Shown in pieces: positions 12,147-21,047 of a stretch of DNA of 64,000 bases; position 1 is the stretch's first letter, and each line of letters starts with the position of its first letter. The notes beneath the pieces were generated by a model. It did not search any database. It saw nothing but the letters and a program-made list of their open reading frames with translations, and had not been told where the DNA came from. A program made the translations under genes and the position numbers. The stretch comes from Flectonema sp. DT1601 (Eukaryota). The stretch is taken from positions 682,001-746,000 of the forward strand of contig OZ025800.1 in the NCBI GenBank assembly GCA_964019425.1. The letters are read 5' to 3'.

Positions 12147-12731
12147 CTAACGAACTCGAATTACAGAGTCTTCAAGTTGTATTGGTGGTATTATTTTATG
12201 TCTCATTGGTTCTGGTGTCGCAATTCGAATGTCTTGTACAGAAAACACCGGCTGTGAAGACGGATTTGGTGTCGCGGCTCGACGACTTATTTTAGTCAGT
12301 TCCGGAAATAGGGGAGCCACGTCAAATATTCTAGATTGCGAAAATGAAGAATACAAAGGACACTTTGAATTTTCTAGTAGTGAAGCAGTAATGTTTTGAT
12401 CTATTTTTGTCTTTAAATGTAAATATCTATTTTGAGAAGCTCTAAAAGGAGAATAATCTTTTGATCTGAGAGCTTCTCTGTCTAAGTTTCTCCTTCTCAA
12501 TGAAGTAGTAAACCATGAGATGCCATGTGTTTCCTTGAATTCACTCACTCCGGATGCTGTCGATTCTTTTAAACAGAATAACTGTTTAGGAAAAATACCC
12601 ATTCGAGTCTGTTCCTTGTAGTTGGTATGCTCTGCTGCTTTCTGAGTCATTGATTTTAGATTTGCTTCTTTTCGTTTTAGTTTGTGTGAGCCAAGAGGCT
12701 TGACGACGACCTCATGGCTAATAATTGTCAT
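12147..12731 (-). CDS. Hypothetical basic protein, 194 aa
   Basis: ORF on the coding strand, ATG directly after tatttacAG; no family recognised. Confidence 0.6.
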   Translation of the reverse strand: MTIISHEVVVKPLGSHKLKRKEANLKSMTQKAAEHTNYKEQTRMGIFPKQLFCLKESTASGVSEFKETHGISWFTTSLRRRNLDREALRSKDYSPFRASQNRYLHLKTKIDQNITASLLENSKCPLYSSFSQSRIFDVAPLFPELTKISRRAATPNPSSQPVFSVQDIRIATPEPMRHKIIPPIQLEDSVIRVR

Positions 12732-13121
12732 CTGTAAATAGAAATAATTTATTTACGTATTTATATTCAGAAAAAAATAGTATTTGCAAATTTCTGGACT
12801 TCAGAACTGTAACGACCTTATTCTTCTTCTACTTTTTTTTTTTAAAAAAAAAAACCAACCAAATCAATCAAAGTAACAGTTACCTAATTCCGCATTATTA
12901 CATACATTTTATTTTATTTTATTTTATTTTTTGTTCATCATTTTTTCTTTTTTTTTTTGTTATTTTACAGAAATGTTAGATAAGCGTAACAAATGAAGTC
13001 ACTTGGGACCTTCTCTGATGAAAACCTGTAGCTGGAGTATCATAGTCAAGAGACATCAGTACTGTAAGCAGCACGAGATCACTTCTAATCTAAGACTTGG
13101 AACTCCATTTCATAGACTACG

Positions 13122-14153
13122 TTAATATCGAGATCCAAGTAATGGAGAACTTTCTGATTCAAACATCCTTCGAGAAGGGTAAAAGATTCCCTCAGTCTCA
13201 GTAACATCAGTTGGTGCTATGGGAAAAGGCCATAACATGCTGTTTGTTGTGGATTTTGAAGACAATTTTAGTTTTTTTTCCTCCCTCCTGAAAACAATAG
13301 TTGAACACCATACCAATTCTCACCAAAAGTTGCGTAGAAGTTGCGTTCCCAACCCAAATTGTATTCGTCGTGCTGTTTTTTTTTTTTTTTTAATTTATTA
13401 ATTATGTCGTAGACCAATCGCAAAGAAGCTGTCAGTGGTACATACCTCATCTAAACTGTGGTTTTCTTCAACGACAGTTTTATTTTTAAGTAGAAGACGA
13501 TACTGATTAAAACTGAAATAAGTTATCAGTATAGCAAACAACACTGACAACGAATATGTAACGACCATATTTATTAATGATAAACCAGCTAGAGGACAGC
13601 TATTGCTGACGATATTCGAAGGAGGTGAGTCACTTGTAAGTTTGTGAAAACAGTTAGTCGCAAAGGAAAATGATGATAAGATAATTATCCAACACAATAT
13701 CGGTAGATATGTGATGAATAATATAAAATGTTTATGGTTATAAAAACCAATACAATTACCAACCCAAGGACAGTGGTGATCATATTTTAAAATACAGCGT
13801 TTGCATGTACTGCAGTGATGAGTTCTTGGTGGTTTCCAGTGAGAACAAAAAGTACAGAACCTCCTTTGGCCGTGAGATGCACCCAACGGGAATTTTTCAT
13901 TCACAACATGCGGATCAGCCTTCTCTCTCCATCGTACGGGTACCCTTCCAGGATGGGTAACTACAGTTTTATAATACGACCATGAGCAAAGTACCAATAA
14001 CACCCCAAACACAACTAGCAGCAGCACTAGTGCTCCTTTCTCATCAACGTTTGCCCATCCCCAGACGGTGAGGAAAAATTCACAATACCAACTAACACTG
14101 ATCCAAGTCGCCATTAACACCACACTTATCACGCAGGGATCCGCGGGAGGCAT
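13122..14153 (-). CDS. DHHC-type S-palmitoyltransferase. Exons ~14153-13446, 13372-13314, 13239-13122 (start uncertain)
   Basis: CTFCSHWKPPRTHHCSTCKRCILKYDHHCPWVGNCIG cysteine-rich domain; four TM segments; KTVVE (TTxE-like). Splicing restores the conserved YNLGWERNFYATFG tail motif. Confidence 0.93.
13240..13313 (-). other. Spliceosomal intron, 74 nt
   Basis: GTATGG...acaacaaacAG; phase 2 (GEN-C-MLWPFP). Confidence 0.75.
13373..13445 (-). other. Spliceosomal intron, 73 nt, poly-A directly before the acceptor
   Basis: GTATGT...poly-A-cAG; phase 0; restores the DHHC-family tail motif. Confidence 0.88.
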
Positions 14154-14994
14154 TGCCCCTCCGCCAGGCTCCCTACACTCCAATTTGGGTATCGGACACC
14201 CTTCCCACCTGTAATGAAGAAGTTTAGTTATATTGATTTTACTGCACGCAATTCTAGAATTGACGCAGGTCCTTGGTTTATTTAACCTTAGAACAAAACC
14301 ATTGATACTTTAACACGAATCAACTCCATGGTTTTGAAGAGAAAAGCAGCACCGAAAAAAACTACAGAAAAAAAACTGCAGATTTAAGCAGGCAAACAAC
14401 TTCGGGGAATAAGAAAAAATCGACCGAAGTAAAAAAAAAAAAAAGAAATGACAAAAAGGTGTAAATACTGTAAAAATGTCATTAGTATCCTCACACCTCC
14501 TCTATAACATTTCAACTCAATCATAAGGAGGTTGAATAAATGGCAAAAAGACTAAAAATGTGTAAATGCTGAGCTACAAATAAAAAAATAATTTCCTTTT
14601 GGATTATCTCATTCAATCCTTCTAAACATTGATAGAATAAAGACATTATCCTAAAGCCACAAGAATAGTTCCCGAACTATAAAATGAAAGAAAGCCGAGC
14701 AGGAGAAGAGGATTAAAAACATAAAGAAAAAAAAGCAACAAAAAAAAAAAAAAAAAAGAAGGAAACTACAACACAAATACTAGCGACAAAAATCACCCAA
14801 AAACAGAAAGGAAACGAATAGCCTTGTAAAAGAGCTGTACAGTAAACATATTGTAAGGCAGGGTATAGAGCAGAGAGGAGGGTGCTTATTCGAACATTGG
14901 AATCAAAGTCAAATAGAGAGATGCAAAATAAGCTATACGAGCTACAATAATAAGCTGTCTACAGCTGTTACCTTCATTAGTATGATGAGCACTA

Positions 14995-17790
14995 CTAATC
15001 ACAACAATTATCTTTACTAGAATTCTCCAGTTCATCCCGATTAGGCAGCGGGGAAGTTGCCGACGAAACAGAAAACGGATACGACGTTCCTCTGTAAGGT
15101 TCCTCAGAATCGACAGACGCGACAAGGTTTTGTAGAACTGTTAGACTCCTGTCTATTCCGTGACACTCAAGAAGAAGGTTTTTTGCAGCTTCGAACTGAC
15201 CACTCATGAAGTAAAAAACCCCCTTATTGTATTTATAATAAATACTTTGTTCTTCAGACTGAACTGCGTACATCCATTCTTCTTCTATTTCTTCTTGTTG
15301 ACACATAATTCGGAACAGTACTACAACATTCTGAGTGACTCGGAGGATGTCAACTGCTGCAAATATGTAGCTTGATCCTGAACAGCGAACTGTTGTCACT
15401 TTTTCATTACAGACAATGAATGGAGTTTTTTTATAACTAGCGTATTGCGAAAGCACTTTAAGTTCAATAAGCTCATCAGCTCTTACAACGTACCACTTTT
15501 GAGATTGACATCCAACATTTCCAACTTCTGCTTCTCCGACTTCGTAAGAGATTCCAGTCACAAAACTAAATGATTCTCTTTTTAGTAAATTGGCACAATG
15601 AAATCCTTTATCTGAAAATCCAATAATTCTTATTGGGGCATTAAACACGACTTGAATAAAACCGGCTGATACCATAACATGAGGATGTAGTTTTATTGTG
15701 GTCGCGACGAGGAATGAAAGGATTTCATTGTAAGAAGATGAGGTGAGATTGTCGTCGAAGTTAGTCGTTATTGTTAAGAAAGAACAATATTGATTATGTA
15801 GGTCTAAAGCAAATAGTGTTTTTAAGGGACTAACACCACAGGCTGAGACTTGAGATTTCTTTGATACGCTAGACCTTCGGGTGTCACTATCGACATTATC
15901 ATTATCGCTTGATGGCTCTCTTTCATCGCCTTGCAATAGGTATGAAGGAACAAAAGCCTTATACTCAACTAGTATCTCAGTCATTTCTATAAATGATAAT
16001 CGTATTTTGTTTATTTCTTGAAATAGTGTTATTCGTCGTCGATGTTCTTGTCCGAGGTGATTCATGTTCATCTGTTCTATCTCATGCATGTCCCTCATTA
16101 TTTGTAATAAAGGATTTATTAAAGCTGTTTCGTAAGCAAACACAACAGCTACACCTCCAATTATGATCACTCCAGCAACTATAAGTGCGGTGATGGTTCC
16201 TTTTTCTTCATTTTTCCTTACGTCTTGAGTGCGTTTGTCGAATGCAGCGAGTAATTTTGCTCGCGGGATTATTGCTACTGCGAGCCAAGGAGGGCTAGAA
16301 TTGATTTTTTCATCTTCCTCTTCGTGGTGTTCTTCTTCGTGGTGGTCTTCGTGGTGTTTTTCTTCTTCGTGGTGGTCTTCGTCGTGGTGTTCTTCTTCTT
16401 CGTGGTGGTCTTCGTCGTGGTGTTCTTCTTCGTGATGTTTTTCTTCTTCGTGGTGGTCTTCGTCGTGGCGTTCTTCTTCGTGGTGTTCTTCTTCTTCGTG
16501 GTGGTCTTCGTCGTGGTGTTCTTCCTCCTCTGCATGGCCAGTGTCATTGTGATCTGTAGTTGTAATCTCACCACCTTCGTCGTGGTGTTCTTCTTCTTCA
16601 TGGTGACCTTCGTCGTGGTGTTCTTCTTCCTCTGCATGGCCAGTGTCATTGTGATCTGTAGAATTTGTTGCAATCTCACCACCGTGATCACCGTGATCGT
16701 GATCATGACGTAAAGATGTAATTTTAACGAAATACTCCTGAGATGTTATTGGGAATCTTGATGTCCCTGTTGATGTTATCGTAAATAGAGTTTCCTCTTC
16801 TACTTCACTCAGATTGCCCAAATGCTGAAAAATTGGTCCCACGACTGGATGGTCACTTTCTGAAGCTACGATGCGTTTCCTACTTCCATTTCCAAGTAGC
16901 GTGATTCCAAATCCGTGAGAACACTCCACAAGTAAACCTGTATCTTGTTCAACTAAACAGAGAATGTTATCACTAAAGTGTGGCATATAATCTGGGTCAT
17001 CATATCCAAGTGTGCTGAAGGGTTCACCTACTACGAAAGCTATTTGTTGCAACAGAGTTCTAAGAAAGGAGATTGAGAAATCAGTGACTAACCACGGGGA
17101 TTGAAACGGTTCTTCATCATGTTCTAATGGTATCGCATGTGAGATTCGAAGACTACCCTCAGGGGATATTCGAGGGCGGGACCAGCTATTTGTGTACTCA
17201 TCGTGATCGTTAAGGTGCAAGTAAAGTAAAGTTTGATACTCATGGTATTGACGTCTGATGAAATCAGCTTGTAATGGTAACGGATATCTATCAAAGTAAA
17301 ACGAAGACATGTTGGTTTCAAAGTTATATTGTGACACCGTCCAAGGATCTCCCTCATCAGACCCAATCGACATTTTGATATCGATATTATCCGTGGATAA
17401 CAAGTCACCAGAAAAACTTATAAATTGAATTTCTTGTATGAACCTCGTGTAGTGTAGTTGATCTGCTAGTGAGAGGACAGTCCTACTAACTCGTAGAGCA
17501 TCGTATACAGAACTTTTATCTAACTCATAGGTATCGTACGTATTCTTCCCTAATGATAGAACATATTTCACAGGATGTAATATATGACCTCCTATTTGTT
17601 CTTTCACGGTGTGTATTCTCTCAGATAAAAACAATTCAGCGAACTCATCTGCCATTACAGAACTCGCGCTTGTCATTTCGTCAACATTCGACATCATAGT
17701 ATCAACGAAAACAATAGTAACTACAGCTGTAGTCGCACAAAGCAAACACGCCAACACAACAGTACTAGATGTGCGAATGCTGATCGCCAT
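14995..17790 (-). CDS. Receptor-type (2-TM, Cache-like ectodomain) class III nucleotidyl cyclase-like protein with His/Glu repeat insert; catalytic domain degenerate
   Basis: N-terminal TM, ectodomain ending PPWLAVAIIPR, second TM, HAMP-like NPLLQIMRDM..FQEINKIRLSF..YKAFVP linker, cyclase-like VVFNAP and GEAEVGNVG segments, EEEWMY tail. Confidence 0.7.
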   Translation of the reverse strand: MAISIRTSSTVVLACLLCATTAVVTIVFVDTMMSNVDEMTSASSVMADEFAELFLSERIHTVKEQIGGHILHPVKYVLSLGKNTYDTYELDKSSVYDALRVSRTVLSLADQLHYTRFIQEIQFISFSGDLLSTDNIDIKMSIGSDEGDPWTVSQYNFETNMSSFYFDRYPLPLQADFIRRQYHEYQTLLYLHLNDHDEYTNSWSRPRISPEGSLRISHAIPLEHDEEPFQSPWLVTDFSISFLRTLLQQIAFVVGEPFSTLGYDDPDYMPHFSDNILCLVEQDTGLLVECSHGFGITLLGNGSRKRIVASESDHPVVGPIFQHLGNLSEVEEETLFTITSTGTSRFPITSQEYFVKITSLRHDHDHGDHGGEIATNSTDHNDTGHAEEEEHHDEGHHEEEEHHDEGGEITTTDHNDTGHAEEEEHHDEDHHEEEEHHEEERHDEDHHEEEKHHEEEHHDEDHHEEEEHHDEDHHEEEKHHEDHHEEEHHEEEDEKINSSPPWLAVAIIPRAKLLAAFDKRTQDVRKNEEKGTITALIVAGVIIIGGVAVVFAYETALINPLLQIMRDMHEIEQMNMNHLGQEHRRRITLFQEINKIRLSFIEMTEILVEYKAFVPSYLLQGDEREPSSDNDNVDSDTRRSSVSKKSQVSACGVSPLKTLFALDLHNQYCSFLTITTNFDDNLTSSSYNEILSFLVATTIKLHPHVMVSAGFIQVVFNAPIRIIGFSDKGFHCANLLKRESFSFVTGISYEVGEAEVGNVGCQSQKWYVVRADELIELKVLSQYASYKKTPFIVCNEKVTTVRCSGSSYIFAAVDILRVTQNVVVLFRIMCQQEEIEEEWMYAVQSEEQSIYYKYNKGVFYFMSGQFEAAKNLLLECHGIDRSLTVLQNLVASVDSEEPYRGTSYPFSVSSATSPLPNRDELENSSKDNCCD
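16312..16710 (-). repeat. Coding minisatellite: (HH[DE][ED]DHHEEEE)n units plus a duplicated GGEIxT..TDHNDTGHAEEEEHHDE block
   Basis: Tandem ~18-33 nt tcttcgtggtg-type units; tgcatggccagtgtcattgtgatctgtag occurs twice (~16531 and ~16633). Confidence 0.95.
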
Positions 17791-17886
17791 GTTGTGGTGC
17801 CTTTCCTGAAATATAAATTATATGTATTAAGTATCAAAGACTGCTGGTAATTATCGTTCATTGTAACGGTTTCGTCAGCTGTCTGT

Positions 17887-18750
17887 TTATTCAGACTTCC
17901 CACTCACAATTCTTTTAAATAAATCCAATTGGTAATTAACAGTATTATCGTTAACCAGTACGACATCGTAAATATTTTTATACTTTTCAAGTTGTGCTGA
18001 ATCATCAAAATTTGCATTCAAATAACCAATTGTTAATAAAGTGTTGGTATCCATTCCCTTTGTCATATTTATATCCCCGAGAGAGTCTCCCAACAAGATT
18101 ATATTTTTCCTGTGTTGTTCTGCTTTCATGAATGGTTCATTCGCTATGGCTCCTGCGAACTTATTAAATACGTGGAATACTGGTTCCTGAAGACCTGTAA
18201 ACATTCCGTCTTCTGAAAAGTTCATTTTGTTTGACACAAAGTGTGTGCATTCTCCGACAGAAATATTGTATCGCTTTATAACAGCAAGCATGATATCAGT
18301 TATGCCTCCACTGAATATTAAAATAGGAATAGCTTCTCTTACTATCAGTTCCATTAGACTGTCTGTCGCATCTCTGAAGTATATTTTTCCATCATTTACT
18401 AACTTTGGGATGTCGTCTCTGCGAAGGCCAGCCTCAGCTAAGAGATCATTAGCCATGTGCATCCACTCCTTCATTGACTCAACCTTCTCATCATGAGACA
18501 CATGCGGATCTATTTCAACTGCGTGGTAGTGAACTTGTAGTTTTTTTGCTTCAATGTGATAGCTTGCAGGTAGAAACTCACAGTCTTCGATTACCTTGTA
18601 GCAGCTGCATGCCTGATCTCCATCTGGACCCCAATATCTCGTGAGGGTGTAGTCAAAATCTGATATCACTTTTAGCTGTTTACTCCCACCAGCAATCAGC
18701 GCAGCAATCTTCTTCTCTACTGCTAACGCATCCTTCATGTGTACAGGCAT
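17887..18750 (-). CDS. NT5C3: Pyrimidine / 7-methylguanosine 5'-nucleotidase (cN-III, NT5C3 family, HAD superfamily)
   Basis: VISDFDYTLTR motif I, IFSGGI, VSNKM, HVFNK, ILLGDSLGDINM, IGYLN; likely start MPVHMKD. Confidence 0.9.
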   Translation of the reverse strand: MPVHMKDALAVEKKIAALIAGGSKQLKVISDFDYTLTRYWGPDGDQACSCYKVIEDCEFLPASYHIEAKKLQVHYHAVEIDPHVSHDEKVESMKEWMHMANDLLAEAGLRRDDIPKLVNDGKIYFRDATDSLMELIVREAIPILIFSGGITDIMLAVIKRYNISVGECTHFVSNKMNFSEDGMFTGLQEPVFHVFNKFAGAIANEPFMKAEQHRKNIILLGDSLGDINMTKGMDTNTLLTIGYLNANFDDSAQLEKYKNIYDVVLVNDNTVNYQLDLFKRIVSGKSE

Positions 18751-19235
18751 TGTAGTGGGAGGCTTATAAAAATATGACGTGTAAAGGATCATAAAACAAA
18801 ACAAAAATTGGTTCCAAGAATAAAAGTAAAGACTCTTGGTAAAGACCATAGTAGTTGGTCGCCAACACAACACTACAAGAATATCCGCCGGGTAGCTTGT
18901 TAAGGTAAGTAATTAGTTTTTTGCATACCAGCTGAACGAAAAAAACAGAGAAAGAATTCAAGAACAAGATAGCAAAACACCGAAAATGAAAAAAATTATA
19001 AAAAAAAAAAAAAAAAAAAGTTTCCTCAACGTTTCGTTTTCATTATTATTATTTTTTTTTTCAATTTTTTTTTTTTTTTTTTTGTTTTATTTTATTCTCT
19101 TTATAATTTCTTTGAAACAAGTGAAGGATCCCCGAGGGAGTCTTTTCTCATAAAAAAAAGTTCACGTCCGTTGGCAGAATTGTGTAGGCTCATCTTCCGT
19201 TGTAAAAATACATCATTTGTAACATCGCACTCCAG

Positions 19236-20611
19236 CTATCGGCCAGCGTAGTACTGTGGGTGTTTATTATTATATTTGTTTCAAAGAAGTACTTTAATAT
19301 TATTTTACATACCATATTCTCTTGTTGGTATCCTTGATTAAAAGCTGCTCCACCGTGGGGATTGTTTTGTGAAGCATTTGCGAATCCTCCTTTCTTACCG
19401 CCTCCTTTTCCCTTTTTGCCTCCCTTACCAGTGCGATCGCGGTTGCCTTGGTTTTGATAACCTTGAGGACGGGACTCGTTAAAGTTGTTGTTGTTATTAT
19501 TGTTGTTGTTGTTATTGTTATTGTGGTATCCGCCTCCGCCACCACCACCACCACCACCACCCTTTTTGCCGCCCCACTTTCCTTTGCCACCTCCTTTCTT
19601 ACCTCCTCCCCTCAACTGGGCGTTAACTCTTTCGATGTCATCAGCAACTCGTTCAGCAGTGTTGTATGTGTTCACTCTGCCATCTCTGTCTTTTACAGCT
19701 CCAATTTTATAGTTTTTATGAGGTGCGAATAGTAATTGTGTTCTAACCTTAACTGATATAGGAATAAAACAAGATGTGTACAACGACAGGCGAGTGAATG
19801 CAAATAGTGAAGACATGCTCACAGATGGCTTCCTTGCGAATTGTGAAATTAGAGCGTCTGATTTGTTCTTTAATCGAAAAAGATCAACTCCTGGTTTATC
19901 AGACCATTGGAATGAACGAATAGTTGTGGCGGCTCTGCTTATCGCAACTTCTCTGCGCTTAGCAAATGATGTGAGTAGGAATTGGTACACTGCTGTGACG
20001 GTACTCATATCATCGTCAGATATCTCGTCTCGTGAAATACACTTTGTCATATGCTGCTGAAGTACACTGACATCGATTATTGATTTGAGTTTTTCTTGGA
20101 GTTCGAGTTCAAGTTTCTTAACGATTACAACGCCTATGGATGCTTTCTTGTAGTCAAACACTTGACACAGAGTCTTCAGCATGAATTGAATATTTTTATC
20201 ACTGTCATTTGTGTCAAAGACGACAATGTCTTCACCAGCGTCTGATAGCAGTTTTGCTTCCAACATTCGATTGGTTTTTGTTTCTGCGAGTAGATATTCC
20301 ATTAAATATCTTCTATCTGGTTCACTCGCATGGAGGTGTTTAAGATTTAAATTAGAATCGATTCTGGCAGACCGAAACCCAGCAGCAATACTTTTATAAA
20401 ACCCGAGAGCCTTTCTCGTATCCAATGTAATACCAACCAGTTCCTCGAACAGTTGCATAATAATAGTTCTAAAGACTTGATTCTCACCTCCTTCTTTTAT
20501 CGCTATTTTAATGCTGTTTTCGTCTAATGTGTCGGTTCTTGTGAGATCCAAATCAACGATATCATCCAATATGCAGCCGTATACTTCTTCTTCAGCATCG
20601 TAGTCACTCAT
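19236..20611 (-). CDS. FAM98: FAM98 family protein with Gly/Lys/Asn-rich tail. Exons 20611-19313, 19253-19236
   Basis: KRREVAISRAATTIRSFQWSDK and IGAVKDRDGR match the FAM98 motifs (RR.MLlkR.dvT.qSF.WSd; G.VPDRGGR); the spliced end reads ...QQENMYYAGR*. Confidence 0.8.
19254..19312 (-). other. Probable spliceosomal intron, 59 nt
   Basis: GTATGT...aaacacccacAG; AT-rich; unspliced read-through looks non-coding. Confidence 0.7.
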
Positions 20612-21047
20612 CGTAAACTGTTAGGTATTACTGTTCCTGTTGTTAGAGAAAAGGATAAATTATAAAGACAGATTCACTATTCTCTCTCTCGACAGCATGG
20701 TAGTCACTCACCGTTACTGCTCCTGTTTGTACACTGTTGTGAGGGAATAAGAACATAAAAAATCAAATATTAATTGCAACTGAATGAGGCTGACCATAAC
20801 TATTGTAAGTTAAGCAGATGAAGTACCAAAATACCAAAAAATAAAGAAACAAATCTATTATTACTTTCTACAGAAATCTAAATGAAGGCTAGGTAGGTTA
20901 TGACACAAAAAGGTTACTGACTACTACTCAGCTGAACTATTTAAATTAAAAGAAGGGAAATATAACTTTTAAACCCTCACTAACTTACGGAATGTGTATC
21001 TATTCGGAAAACAAGGTGTAAATATCGAAATAAACCAGCACATAGTC

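Noticed and set aside
16229..16713. Alternative-frame ORFs (poly-T/K, poly-V/F, poly-S/W)
   Set aside because: They are shadow frames of the His/Glu minisatellite
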